Shown here piece after piece: positions 8,343 to 19,103 of a stretch of 64,000 nt of DNA (its first letter is position 1; each line of letters opens with the position of its first letter). The position numbers and the translations under genes are program-made. The notes beneath the pieces are model-generated. The model was not told the origin of the DNA. It was given only the letters and a program-made list of their open reading frames with translations, and made no database searches. Source of the DNA: Pseudomonadota bacterium (GTDB lineage Bacteria > Desulfobacterota > Desulfobulbia > Desulfobulbales > Desulfurivibrionaceae); NCBI GenBank assembly GCA_018829945.1, contig JAHJTI010000246.1:51-64050 (forward strand). Direction: 5' to 3'.

Positions 8343-9308
8343 TTATTTCTCACCAAAATTACAGCACAACCATCCTGAAAACTCATCAATCAAGACCATT
8401 TCTTCACTGGTTAATTTCCAGCCATCAGCTCCTATATTTTCTTCAACTTGCGAGACAGTTTTTGCGCCGAACAAAGGGCAGGTCCAGGGGAATATATCCA
8501 TAACCCAACGTAACGCCAATTGACTCAAAGACACCCCGCGGCGTTGAGCAACCGTCTGCAAATCCAAAACCCGCTGAAGTGCTTCCGAAAAATTTTTACC
8601 TGCGAAAGCTGGCAGACGACTCCGGTGGTCATCTTCACCAAAGGTAGACCACCGATCAAACTTGCCGGTCAAAAGACCATCAGCAAGAGCCCCCCAGCCA
8701 ACCAACAACACGCCAGAATTTCGGCAAATGTCGGCAAACTCCAAACCACGATCACGCTGCAGCAAATTGAAACGATCCTGCACCACCCGCACCGGTGCAA
8801 CCTTCAGAGCTTCCTCCAACTGCGCGACAGAAAAATTAGCAACTCCGATCTCACCGATTTTCCCTTCTTCCCGCAACCTCACAAATGCATTCATAATCTC
8901 CGAGACAGAGGTCCTGCCATCGAGTTTATGCAGATAATAAAGCGGAATTCGCTCAAGGCCAAGTCGCTGCAGGCTAGCCTCAACAGCCGTACGAAGATAA
9001 GCTGGCGAACTGTCATTCCACACCCGTCCGGACTCATCCCAGCGGACCCCGCCCTTAGTCGCAACAAAGAGTGATTTCAAATTGTCCCCTAACGATTGGC
9101 GCAGTATTCTTTCGGATTTCCCCAATCCATAACAATCCGCCGTATCAAAAAAAGTTAAGCCCCGCTCATAAGCATGACGTATTGCTTTTATCGAATCATC
9201 ATCATTAACTGTACCCCAACCATGCCCGCCAATAGCCCAACACCCCATGCCCATCCGGGTAAAGCGTGGCCCACCTGCACCAAGTTCAATTAATTCTAGA
9301 TTATTCAT
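8343..9308 (-). CDS. Aldo/keto reductase
   Basis: GMGCWAIGG, FDTADCYG, SLQRLG...LYYLH, GKIGEIGVAN. Confidence 0.92.
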   Translation of the reverse strand: MNNLELIELGAGGPRFTRMGMGCWAIGGHGWGTVNDDDSIKAIRHAYERGLTFFDTADCYGLGKSERILRQSLGDNLKSLFVATKGGVRWDESGRVWNDSSPAYLRTAVEASLQRLGLERIPLYYLHKLDGRTSVSEIMNAFVRLREEGKIGEIGVANFSVAQLEEALKVAPVRVVQDRFNLLQRDRGLEFADICRNSGVLLVGWGALADGLLTGKFDRWSTFGEDDHRSRLPAFAGKNFSEALQRVLDLQTVAQRRGVSLSQLALRWVMDIFPWTCPLFGAKTVSQVEENIGADGWKLTSEEMVLIDEFSGWLCCNFGEK

Positions 9309-9973
9309 CAGTTACAGATTCTTTTCGCTACCCTCACAAGGGTGAGCCAAAGGATATTGAGATCTTCCACAATAGACCAGTTTTTTACATATGCGACGCG
9401 CAACTCGTTCTTCCGCGGCAAAATATGTTTTCTAAAATAAGCATCCGGGTCATCACTCCCCACCTGATCATCAAGATCAGCAAATTCAATGGAAGCATAA
9501 TCTGTAATTCCTGGCCGCATTTCCAGAATCAACAACTCATCGCCGCTATATTGGCAGGTATACTCGGGCACTTCCGGGCGTGGCCCAACTAAGCTCATGT
9601 TACCGCAAAACACGTTAATAAACTGAGGCAGTTCATCAAGTTTAGTCTTTCTCAGCACAACGCCAACAGAGGTAACACGAGGATCATTTGTTCCTGTAGT
9701 CGGTCCGCCACGAGACTCGGCATCGGACACCATGGTGCGAAACTTGAGAATACGAAATTCCTTGCCATGCAACCCGCTCCGCAAACCACGGTAGAAAACT
9801 GGACCAGAGCTGGTAAATTTAACCAACAATGCGATAAAAACCAGCAGCGGCCAGATAAGGAGCAGAACAACCGCGGAAAGGAAAATATCCAGTAAACGCT
9901 TTATACCAAAAGCCCAGGGCGGATTTCGCAGGGTCAGATGACTCCCCTGATTTTTTTCCGAAAAATTCTCCAT
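9308..9973 (-). CDS. Initiating polyprenyl-phosphate sugar phosphotransferase (PglC/WbaP C-terminal family)
   Basis: KRLLDI, KFRTM, DPRVT..G..LRKTKLDELPQ..NV..G.MSLVGPRP, RPGIT. Confidence 0.93.
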   Translation of the reverse strand: MENFSEKNQGSHLTLRNPPWAFGIKRLLDIFLSAVVLLLIWPLLVFIALLVKFTSSGPVFYRGLRSGLHGKEFRILKFRTMVSDAESRGGPTTGTNDPRVTSVGVVLRKTKLDELPQFINVFCGNMSLVGPRPEVPEYTCQYSGDELLILEMRPGITDYASIEFADLDDQVGSDDPDAYFRKHILPRKNELRVAYVKNWSIVEDLNILWLTLVRVAKRICN

Positions 9974-10822
9974 CTATTTTACAGATTTTCTGGGTTTACG
10001 ATACTCAACAACTGCCACCCAGGCCAAACGGTTCAGATAGGGAATGGACAAGATGAAATTATCGATCATTTCAAGAGTTGCAAGCAGCGGTCGAAAAAAG
10101 GATGCTTTGCGAAACTGCACCGCTGCCAGCGCTGCCAAGTGAAACATCCGCATGTTCACGGAAGAAAAAAATGCACCGCCGCTGTTAATTTCTGGAACAC
10201 CAAGAATGTGTTCGACTTCCCATTGGGTTCGCAAATGAGGCGTCCGATTCCGGTACCAATGGATCAAAGGGTTATGCCGCATCGCCTCGGTACAGACTAA
10301 CTTACCATCTGGCTTCAAAATGCGAGAGAGTTCGGCGAATGCCGCCTTCAAATCCAAGTGATGCAGAGCACCATACTCATGGACAATATCAAAAGTGTTA
10401 TCTGCAAATTCTGTATGTTCGGCATCCATGACACGAAACTCGCAAATATCACCCACACCCTGAACTCTCGCCAATTCCTGCGCATTCTTGATAGCAACCT
10501 CACTGATGTCGATCCCCATGACTTTTTTTGCGCCTCGCCTAGCCATCTCAATGGCAACCTCTCCATTCCCGCAACAATAATCCAAGGCGACAGCACCTGC
10601 GATATTTTCATAGAGAAGCGAATCCCTGTGAGCAAAGCTCGATTGAGTTATGCTGTAAAATTTCATATTACTGAAATGTTTTACATACTCATCGCTACCC
10701 TCAGTAAAATTTTGTTTACAATGATAGTCAGCACTATCTGTCTGATACTCATATGCCGTGACTATTGAACGCCGACGGTCTGAGTGTTCAATTTCTTTTA
10801 TCTTTCGGTCTTCTAAAATCAT
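9974..10822 (-). CDS. Class I SAM-dependent methyltransferase
   Basis: LDYCCGNG, GIDIS, DAE...FD, GALHH, RILKPDG. Confidence 0.88.
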   Translation of the reverse strand: MILEDRKIKEIEHSDRRRSIVTAYEYQTDSADYHCKQNFTEGSDEYVKHFSNMKFYSITQSSFAHRDSLLYENIAGAVALDYCCGNGEVAIEMARRGAKKVMGIDISEVAIKNAQELARVQGVGDICEFRVMDAEHTEFADNTFDIVHEYGALHHLDLKAAFAELSRILKPDGKLVCTEAMRHNPLIHWYRNRTPHLRTQWEVEHILGVPEINSGGAFFSSVNMRMFHLAALAAVQFRKASFFRPLLATLEMIDNFILSIPYLNRLAWVAVVEYRKPRKSVK

Positions 10823-10835
10823 TACGCAAAAACCT

Positions 10836-12053
10836 TCAATTTGAATCTGACAGCCATTTATTTAAAATTAGCTCATACTTGTCAGTTAAAACGCATTTAT
10901 CATAATATTGTCTTGCATACTTTTTTGCTTTCATTCCCATAACAGCACGATCTGTTGGACTCATATTATAAATACTGATTATTACCTCTGCCATCAACAT
11001 TGGATTTTCCGCTTTTACTGTAATTCCTGCACCTGAATCCGTTACTGGATCATTTGGAGTATTTGCAGATAAAATTACTGGGCGCCCAGATGCAAAATAA
11101 TCATATAACTTATTAAGGTTTATTCCATATTTAAAAACTGATATATCATGTATACTTGCTATAAGTATATCTGCCATTTCACATTTTGATGCAACTTCAC
11201 TCTTTGGAACCATCTCTTGGAACTCAACATTATTTAATTCATTTACTTTTACTTTCTCATAATATTTTTCCTTATCAGGTCCATCGCCTATAATTATAAA
11301 CCTCATTTTTTCTGCATATTTCTCTTTAAGTATTATCGCACAATCAAGAATTGTATTAATATCGTGCCCAGCAGCGAACCTGCCTAGATACAACAAATTT
11401 ATGTATCCTGGCTCACCTCCACCGTACTCTTTGATTTTCTCGAATGGATTCAAGTCAACGCCGTTTGGTATCCAAGTTATTTTATTTCTGGCAACACCAA
11501 ATTTCTCAATATGCCGATAAGCGTATGGCAAAGCAGACACAATGTGAAAGGCCCTATTATACAGTGATCTTTCAATTATTTTAAATATCCTCTCAGTAAG
11601 ACCTCCGGCTCTAATCTTCCCCAAATCAACGAGTGCTTGGGGCCAAAGATCTCGTATTTCATAGATAAAAGCTGCGCTCTTTGATCTGGCGACATGGCTT
11701 GCAGCCCATCCTGTCAGAATCGGGACAGAAGGGCCAATAACAACGTCTGGGACCTCTCCTGCTTGTCTCGCGAACTGAAGACAGCGGTAGGCATTCAACA
11801 ACATGTTAATAGCACGTTTCCAGCCATTCCCCCCATAAGCAATCGTCTTCAACCTTACAACCAGAACACCATCAATCTGCTCAACTTTCCATTTATCACC
11901 AGTGGTTAACATTTCGACATGAGTGAAGTGACAATAACTATTAGTCAACATTGTTACCTTGTGCCCCCTTTTGGCAAGCTCGGAAGCATACCAAAAAGTA
12001 CGGGATGAGTGGCCATTGGGCTGATCATATGCAGAGAAATACCAAATTTTCAC
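10836..12053 (-). CDS. GT4 glycosyltransferase (WbuB/WbpJ-like)
   Basis: YEIRDLWP, IPNGVD, KLYDYFASGRPVI; visibly AT-rich. Confidence 0.88.
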   Translation of the reverse strand: MKIWYFSAYDQPNGHSSRTFWYASELAKRGHKVTMLTNSYCHFTHVEMLTTGDKWKVEQIDGVLVVRLKTIAYGGNGWKRAINMLLNAYRCLQFARQAGEVPDVVIGPSVPILTGWAASHVARSKSAAFIYEIRDLWPQALVDLGKIRAGGLTERIFKIIERSLYNRAFHIVSALPYAYRHIEKFGVARNKITWIPNGVDLNPFEKIKEYGGGEPGYINLLYLGRFAAGHDINTILDCAIILKEKYAEKMRFIIIGDGPDKEKYYEKVKVNELNNVEFQEMVPKSEVASKCEMADILIASIHDISVFKYGINLNKLYDYFASGRPVILSANTPNDPVTDSGAGITVKAENPMLMAEVIISIYNMSPTDRAVMGMKAKKYARQYYDKCVLTDKYELILNKWLSDSN

Positions 12054-13189
12054 ACAAAACCATCCCCTGTTAAATATTCCACAATCCGGTTAGCCGCATC
12101 ACCCTCCCCGTATGGTTTCACTTCTTGTCCCATGGAGCCAATACCAGCCCGCAGAGCCAAGAGCACAGATTTTCTCGTCACCGGCGACGCCAGTCGATTC
12201 CAGCCAGCCTCCACCAGTTCCACCCACTCAGTTTCGTCCCGCAAAGTAACACACGGGACTCGGTAAAAGAAGGCCTCTTTCTGCACCCCGCCGGAATCGG
12301 TGGCGATTAAGGCGGCATATTTTTCCAGTTGCACCATATCCAAATACCCAACGGGATTAATAAGAAATAGGGATTTTGATTCCCGAATCGCGGATAGCAA
12401 GCTGGTAGATTCAATTATCTTTCTGGTTCTAGGGTGGAGAGGGAGTATGACCGGGACTTCTTGACTAAATTCGAGGAGGGCATCGAAGATGTTTTTTAAC
12501 CTTTCCGGATTATCGGTATTTTCAGCTCGATGTATCGTGGCGAGACAATATCGTCTTGCGCTAATACCATGGCTTGCTCCCAGCGAGCCCAAAACCCCCC
12601 CTTGTTCATTGACCTTTGCTCCATGGCGCAATGCAACATCAAACATCACATCACCAACATTGAAAATCAATGGGGAGTAACCTGTCGATTTTCGTTCGAC
12701 GGGCAATTGCAATCCTTCATCCCGGAGATTTTGAACAGCCTTATCACTCGGACAAAAGAGGATTGAGCTGACTCGGTCGGTAAGAATACGGTTGATTTCT
12801 TCAGGCATTGACATGTTAAACGAGCGCAATCCCGCCTCCACATGGGCCACTGGAATATGCATTTTGACCGCAGCCAAGGCACCTGCCAAGGTAGAATTGG
12901 TGTCACCATACACCAGCACAGCATCTGGCTTCTCCACCAGCAAAACCTTTTCTAGCTCGATCAACATCTGCCCGGTCATCTCACCATGACCACCGCCATG
13001 GATACCGAGATGTATATCCGGCAACTCCATGTCCAACTCGTCAAAAAACACATCAGACATATTGGAATCAAAATGTTGACCCGTATGCACGACACATTCA
13101 TGCATATCAGAGCTGGAGCGAAACGCCGCAGAAACGACACTGGCCTTAATGAATTGCGGCCGAGCCCCAACAATTGTCACAATTTTCAT
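12050..13189 (-). CDS. Non-hydrolysing UDP-GlcNAc-type 2-epimerase (WecB/WbpI-like)
   Basis: GARPQFIK, HTGQH, YGDTNSTLAGA, HVEAGLRS, PEEINR, TDSGGVQKEA. Confidence 0.94.
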   Translation of the reverse strand: MKIVTIVGARPQFIKASVVSAAFRSSSDMHECVVHTGQHFDSNMSDVFFDELDMELPDIHLGIHGGGHGEMTGQMLIELEKVLLVEKPDAVLVYGDTNSTLAGALAAVKMHIPVAHVEAGLRSFNMSMPEEINRILTDRVSSILFCPSDKAVQNLRDEGLQLPVERKSTGYSPLIFNVGDVMFDVALRHGAKVNEQGGVLGSLGASHGISARRYCLATIHRAENTDNPERLKNIFDALLEFSQEVPVILPLHPRTRKIIESTSLLSAIRESKSLFLINPVGYLDMVQLEKYAALIATDSGGVQKEAFFYRVPCVTLRDETEWVELVEAGWNRLASPVTRKSVLLALRAGIGSMGQEVKPYGEGDAANRIVEYLTGDGFV

Positions 13190-14334
13190 GCCAAAGCCTT
13201 ATAGAAATCGACCATTTTTTTTGCTTCAACTGGCCAGTTGTATTTCTCCAAAACCACCAACCGCCCCGCACGTCCCATCTCCTTAACTTTTTGCGGGGAA
13301 TCCAATAATACACGAATCGCAGATGCAATCTGAGTGGGTGATTCTGGATTCACACATAATCCACAACCAGCACCATCAACAATTTTCCGCCAGAGAGGAA
13401 AATCAGAAGCGATCACAGGCAGTTCGGCCGACATATATTCGAACAATTTGTTGGGTTGAGAATCGATATGGTTTGGCCCCGGCAAAAAGGTGACAATCCC
13501 TGCTATAGATTCGGCCACCACACGCCTTACCGTCTCACGATCGACATGTCCAAAATAATCAACCTGCGCCCAGCCAGGAACCTTTTTCAATTCTTCGGCA
13601 AAGTCCGGGCCATCAAAATGTCCGCAGAGTGTCAAGCGGACATCCGGCAACAAAGACAGCGCATGGACCAACTGCACCGCCCCACGCATCTTCGAAATAC
13701 CACCGATGTAGCAAACACGTTTTAACCGGGGGGGCAACGCGCCATCAACAGGAGCCAACTCTTCCGACATCGGATAGTTGTTGACATTGACTGTTCTCAA
13801 CCCAAGCTCAGAGAAGCGCCGCTCAATATGCGATGTTGCGGCAACCACGCCTGAAAGCTTTGTCACCGCACGATTTTCGTAAAATTCAAAAACCCTTGCA
13901 ACACAAAATCGAATGGCCCGCGGAATCCAGCATTTCATAAGGATCTGCCTGGGTACATCCTCATGAGCGTCATAAATGACATGAATGCCATATTTAGCTA
14001 GTTTCACACCAACCGGCAACAACTCAGGATCATGAAAGTGAACTATGCTTGGGTTTAATGATAAAATCTTTTTCAAAGCACGCTTGGGCTGAAGCAATAT
14101 TCGCTTAATTCGCGAGAGAGGCTTAACGCCAATATCATGCACTTGAACGCCATCGATATCGGCATCACCCTCACCATCCCCGACAACAAGATGAACATCA
14201 AAACCCACCAGAGCCAGAGCCCTGCTCTCTTTCAGAAAAATACGGATGTCATTTCGCGGGTGGACTGTGGTAAGGTGGCAGACACGTAACATTCCTTCGG
14301 CATAATGGCTTTTCGTATCATTACATAGTGTCAT
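13186..14334 (-). CDS. GT4 glycosyltransferase (WbpH-like)
   Basis: HLTTVHPRNDIRIF, HFHDPEL, YDAHED, PNKLFEYMSA.LPVIASDFP. Confidence 0.9.
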   Translation of the reverse strand: MTLCNDTKSHYAEGMLRVCHLTTVHPRNDIRIFLKESRALALVGFDVHLVVGDGEGDADIDGVQVHDIGVKPLSRIKRILLQPKRALKKILSLNPSIVHFHDPELLPVGVKLAKYGIHVIYDAHEDVPRQILMKCWIPRAIRFCVARVFEFYENRAVTKLSGVVAATSHIERRFSELGLRTVNVNNYPMSEELAPVDGALPPRLKRVCYIGGISKMRGAVQLVHALSLLPDVRLTLCGHFDGPDFAEELKKVPGWAQVDYFGHVDRETVRRVVAESIAGIVTFLPGPNHIDSQPNKLFEYMSAELPVIASDFPLWRKIVDGAGCGLCVNPESPTQIASAIRVLLDSPQKVKEMGRAGRLVVLEKYNWPVEAKKMVDFYKALA

Positions 14335-15467
14335 GAATATATGTTCTTCCTTCGTCCGGTCATTCTTTCAAAAAATGACTGTCCTTTCTTTAAAAGTCGA
14401 TGCCAACGATCCCAATTCTGGAAATCCGAATAATGGTGAATAGGGGCGGCCATAAATCCGTCAAATTCTTCACGACTGATCCGCATTTTTTTGCAGAAAT
14501 AAATAATTTCAGTCTCCAGTTCGTCGAGGACATACAGAGGTTCTTCAAGTTTCACAAGGGCGTCTTCCCTCTTCATCTGTCCTGAAACAATCAAACTCGA
14601 CAGGTGGGGTCGACGTTTATCATATCCAAACTTCGTTGGAAGATAAAAATTCTGGAAAAATTTGGTAAAAACCGATTCCCCATGTTTGCGCCCATAGGAA
14701 CGCCAACCGATCGCAGACTCCATCTCTTCGATTGCCTTGGCCTTGTCGTAATGCATGTAATTCAAAGGCCGGACTGTACGCAGGCCCCTCACAAACGGAT
14801 ACCAGAAATAATATTGGGGAAAACTAATCGTACTGTAAGTTCTCAGCCGACCCTTTCCATATATTCGATGAATGGCACGTAGGTTGGCGGCATCCATTGC
14901 GCTACCCTGCCATGCCTTCGGGGCAATCGATTCAGTTGCAATATTGCCACCACTCAGGATATATTTGATTCCGTTTTTAATTGCAAAATGATAAAGACTG
15001 GCAAAGAAGACGTGGTCCTGAGGCACATCCTGATTGGCAACTGCAGCTTTCAGATAAGCTAACTGCAAACCACGCATTTCCTCCCAATCCACCACATGCG
15101 TATGCAAATGATAATTACAGTGTTTGACTATGGCCTCAATATTCGCTACCGCAAGTTCACTATTCCAACCTGCATCAACGTGCACAACCAGTGGACGCAA
15201 TCCCCAATCTTTAACCTTTAGAGCAAGATATGAACTATCCACGCCGCCACTCAGTCCAATAATACAATCATAGGGCTGCCCACGTCTTGCCTTTTTTATG
15301 CATTCAATCGTCTGCTTAAGCTTCTGTCCACCCTCTTCATTGGGGAACCATCTCTTTTTAGTTACCTCGTCGAATTCGCGACAATGGTTACACACTCCAT
15401 CCTTATCAAAAACAATATCAGGATCTGACGTATCCATCACGCACCGAGCACATGTTTGCAATTTCAT
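14331..15467 (-). CDS. N-acetyl sugar amidotransferase (WbpG/WbuX family)
   Basis: CxRCVMDTSD, PP-loop SGGVDSS, HVDAGWNSE, QDVPQDH, KHGES.FTKF. Confidence 0.9.
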   Translation of the reverse strand: MKLQTCARCVMDTSDPDIVFDKDGVCNHCREFDEVTKKRWFPNEEGGQKLKQTIECIKKARRGQPYDCIIGLSGGVDSSYLALKVKDWGLRPLVVHVDAGWNSELAVANIEAIVKHCNYHLHTHVVDWEEMRGLQLAYLKAAVANQDVPQDHVFFASLYHFAIKNGIKYILSGGNIATESIAPKAWQGSAMDAANLRAIHRIYGKGRLRTYSTISFPQYYFWYPFVRGLRTVRPLNYMHYDKAKAIEEMESAIGWRSYGRKHGESVFTKFFQNFYLPTKFGYDKRRPHLSSLIVSGQMKREDALVKLEEPLYVLDELETEIIYFCKKMRISREEFDGFMAAPIHHYSDFQNWDRWHRLLKKGQSFFERMTGRRKNIYS

Positions 15468-15562
15468 AATTTCCCTCGAAAAGACAAAACAACCTTACAC
15501 AATAGGGTACGACTATGTCACATGCCAGCAATTTCCGCAAATTTGAAAAAACATAATAGCAA

Positions 15563-16945
15563 TTACCTCCTGACTAATGCTGAATAAAACCTCTTGTCAT
15601 GTTCGGTCATTAAGTGACTGTTATGCCATAATAAGGTAAAATCACCCCCAAACCTGTGACAGATACGCTTGTATGATTTCATCAATTCGAGTGCCGCATC
15701 ACTATAGCCCATTCCCATGTAACGCTTGGCGATCACAGAACTTTCCATCACGATTAATGGCCTCTGGCGCAATTTGAGCGGGCGACGTTCAGCAAGAGAA
15801 TACATGGGATACTCATGACAGGTTCCACATCGGAACCCAGGACGGTCAGCAAAACACAAGCTGCTATCATAATCTATTCCTGCCGCTTCCAAATTGCTAG
15901 GCGTAATCAGGGGCTGCCAGCGCAGATAGTGTTGCCGACCACCAAGGATTGCCTGCTGAATGCCTTCTGCAGCCATAGTCCGCCTCAAGAGATCAGCTTC
16001 TCGAATAGTTTGCGCTGGGTCCTGGTAAGTGTAGTAACTGGCATGTAATCCAATTTCGTGACCTCGCTCAGCAATGCTGCACAACAAATCTCGAATCGCC
16101 GGATCACTCATCGTATAATTGCAATCCCGAAACAGGTGCAATTTCGCAGTGATAAAATAGAAGGCAACCCGGTTGCCGACTTTCTCGTTCACGTTCATGA
16201 TCCAATCGATATTGTTGCGATAAGGGTCACGAGACAAATCACATTTCCTAATGCGCATACTCGTTAACAGTGTTTGCAAAGCCATGCGTAATGAGCGGTG
16301 CTTGAATATATCTGTGACCAACTCCCTCGCCAAAACAACCACCGAATTGCAACCGCAGAGATAGGGATGGTCCACATCGCAACTTACTAAAATACGAGAC
16401 TGGCGCACCTTGCGTTCAAGTGCGGGCCAAAGTCGATGTATCGCGGCCCACAAAATTTCAACGTATTCATCAACAATCGGACGATCCAAAAATTTTGCAC
16501 GATAGGCAACTGAACTAGTAAAAAGAAAACGGTCATGCTTATCACGATCAGGCTGGACAACCTCCTCATAACGCGAAAGCATAAAAAAAATGCTGCCAAA
16601 GATATCAAGCCCGAGATGGCATTCACTACCGGACACATGACAGCCAGGTTCGCCATACAATACCGGGATAACCGGAGAAACCAGACAGATATCATTCCCC
16701 AGTTCCCTTGTATCCCATAGCGCAAGAGGGACCGTCGGCATGGATCCATGGTCGAGCCATCCTTTTTTGCATCGTTGAAAAAAATCATCATCAACACAAA
16801 GTGTTGTGTCGCCGAAAGAGAGAGAGACAACATCCGTATCAGCAGAAACGGCGGTGTATTCGAGGCCGAGAAATTCACGAAATATTACATCGAGGATATA
16901 TGCTCTCTCAGCCAAAAAATTATCAGGATGCCGAACGCGGATCAT
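15563..16945 (-). CDS. Polysaccharide deacetylase-family protein
   Basis: DIF...FFMLSRYEE...D.H.RF, SCDVD, HEIGLH, GGRQHYLR, GFRCGTC, LLWHN. Confidence 0.75.
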   Translation of the reverse strand: MIRVRHPDNFLAERAYILDVIFREFLGLEYTAVSADTDVVSLSFGDTTLCVDDDFFQRCKKGWLDHGSMPTVPLALWDTRELGNDICLVSPVIPVLYGEPGCHVSGSECHLGLDIFGSIFFMLSRYEEVVQPDRDKHDRFLFTSSVAYRAKFLDRPIVDEYVEILWAAIHRLWPALERKVRQSRILVSCDVDHPYLCGCNSVVVLARELVTDIFKHRSLRMALQTLLTSMRIRKCDLSRDPYRNNIDWIMNVNEKVGNRVAFYFITAKLHLFRDCNYTMSDPAIRDLLCSIAERGHEIGLHASYYTYQDPAQTIREADLLRRTMAAEGIQQAILGGRQHYLRWQPLITPSNLEAAGIDYDSSLCFADRPGFRCGTCHEYPMYSLAERRPLKLRQRPLIVMESSVIAKRYMGMGYSDAALELMKSYKRICHRFGGDFTLLWHNSHLMTEHDKRFYSALVRR

Positions 16946-17906
16946 AATTTCACCATTCCTCTAATAGCAAGTGCCAACGCAAGCAACTTCGAATTTGCTT
17001 TTTTCACTGAAAAATACGGTATCTGGCGGGCACCGAAGCCACGAAAAAACTTTTCAACGGGCTCGATCATCGATCCTTCGAAGTCGAACATCTGTGTCAC
17101 TGTGGCGGCATGGCAGATAGCGCGCCACATACACAGGCTGGTGGCGCCGCTGTTACGCAATTCAGGGTCACCACCCCCCATAATGTAATAGGCACTATTT
17201 TCATCCCAGACGACAAATACTCCGGCATGATGCCTCCCCTTATCATCCTCGGCAATCCATATCTTTCGACAATCGCGCTTGACACACGCAACGTCAAGGA
17301 GCCGAACCAAACTTTCCGAATAAGGTACAGTCATCCCCTGTCTTTGAAATGTCAATCGATTGAGTCGAAGAAAATCTTCCAGTACAAGGTCATCCCGCAC
17401 CAAAAGCTTACACCGCCCCTCTGCCTTGCGGATGTCGCTCCGGATATTTTCCTTAAGGCCGCCCCAAAGTTGATTCTCGTCGGTAAGGTCGGACAAGATA
17501 TAAGTGTAGCGAGTAGTCTGCTGGAAGCCGCGCCAATAAAAAGGGAGCCAATTGGTATTACTGTGGTGCCAATTCTGCCCGAAATAATCGAACGAAGGAA
17601 GCAAATCAATCAGCGCCTGCATGATCGACTTCTGCTCACCAAGAGCCTTGGCATACTTGGCCTTGGAAGGACGCAACCAAGGCCCCAGGGTTTGCGTGAG
17701 AGGCGGTTGCATAAGCACGGTGAAACCATATTTGCGGTTGACGTAATAGGGCATGGAGCCAACCACACGGCTGCCTTTTCAACAATAGCGACATCCCAGC
17801 TATCAGATCCACAAACGGCATCCAGCCACCAATCTCTGGAAAAGATTGGGATCCCTGGGGTCGACTGGCAAAGTTGCCGATATTTATCTTTGTTTGATTT
17901 CAACAC
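16942..17906 (-). pseudogene. FemAB-like GNAT-fold acyltransferase split by a 1-nt frameshift near 17775
   Basis: The N-terminal ORF (PIFSRDWWLDAVC...WDVAIVEK) continues in the -1 frame as GSRVVGSMPYY...FDFEGSM. The span is 965 nt, one base short of a multiple of 3. Confidence 0.75.
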
Positions 17907-17921
17907 GGAGGCATCTTTTGT

Positions 17922-19103
17922 TCATTCATTCAATGATGAAACAATAAATTCCAGGTCGTCTTGTGACATGTTCTGATGAACAGGGATGTCGAGAGCGCAG
18001 GTTGCCGACCTTGTGCCATTCGCAAAAACATCGGCGTCCCTCATACCCGGCAACAAGGTAGGCCAGTTAAAATTGCCAACCCGATACCCTTTTTTTTGCA
18101 GCCGACTGGAAACTTTCTGGGCGCCCCGCTCCGTGTTCATCAAAACTTTTTGTTTGAGCCACGCCGGCTGCACAGTGGGGCCGACATCCCAGGTACGCTC
18201 CCTCGGAAGATTCTCAGCGACAAACGCTGCATTCCTGTTCCGAACATCCCGTACATCCAGGTACCGTTCCAACAACAACAGACCCAGTTGCCCACGCAAT
18301 GGACCTACTCCCAACAGGGGAAACTCGAAGCCGGAACTTTTCATCTGCAAACGCCGCATAATTTTCCCAATCAGACTGCCCTCATTACCTATATTACGGC
18401 GGCGATGTGCCATTGACTCGACAAAGGCTTTTAAATATTTCAACTCTTGCTTCGCATTCGGCACGGGGATAGCAAAAAAAGAAAATTTATCCATTAATTC
18501 CTGATTATTGATCACCAAAGCCCCGCCCCATCCCAAGGATATAGGCTTATCGTAGTTAAAGCTGAAAACAGCCGCATCACTCAATGTTCCAGCCATCACG
18601 CCGTTTATTTTCCCGCCCAGAGTATGGGCACAATCCTCCACAACGTAGACTCCCATATCACGGCAAAACTCCACCACGGGACTAAAATCGACCGGTACAC
18701 CAAACAAATGGGTTACCATGAGGACGATCGGATGAGCCTTGTTGGTCAATTGGGAAAGCCGCTGCATGGTATTAACCCAATCGATTGTTCCAGTTGGAGA
18801 GGTGAAATCATACCCCTCAACGGCAAAACCGGCTTTCTCTGCTGCCGTCCTGACCACCGAACAGGTGAAAGCCGGCATTAAAATCGTGCCGCTTCCGCCC
18901 CCCGCAAGTCCACGCAAGAAATGCTCAACCCCCCACCGAGCACTGGGCGTCAAAAATATTCTTCCACATCCACATCCTAAAAAAGATCTGAGGCGCTGAG
19001 TAAAATGCAGGGACGAATCAAGATCAGCCTTTGCATAACAGGTCTCGATATCCCCCCAATCCCAGAACTCTTCAACGGTATCCTTATACACGCGACTCGG
19101 CAT
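17922..19103 (-). CDS. Divergent DegT/DnrJ/EryC1/StrS PLP-dependent enzyme
   Basis: THLFG.P, VEDCAH, FSFNYDKP...GGAL, IPVHQ. Confidence 0.8.
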   Translation of the reverse strand: MPSRVYKDTVEEFWDWGDIETCYAKADLDSSLHFTQRLRSFLGCGCGRIFLTPSARWGVEHFLRGLAGGGSGTILMPAFTCSVVRTAAEKAGFAVEGYDFTSPTGTIDWVNTMQRLSQLTNKAHPIVLMVTHLFGVPVDFSPVVEFCRDMGVYVVEDCAHTLGGKINGVMAGTLSDAAVFSFNYDKPISLGWGGALVINNQELMDKFSFFAIPVPNAKQELKYLKAFVESMAHRRRNIGNEGSLIGKIMRRLQMKSSGFEFPLLGVGPLRGQLGLLLLERYLDVRDVRNRNAAFVAENLPRERTWDVGPTVQPAWLKQKVLMNTERGAQKVSSRLQKKGYRVGNFNWPTLLPGMRDADVFANGTRSATCALDIPVHQNMSQDDLEFIVSSLNE

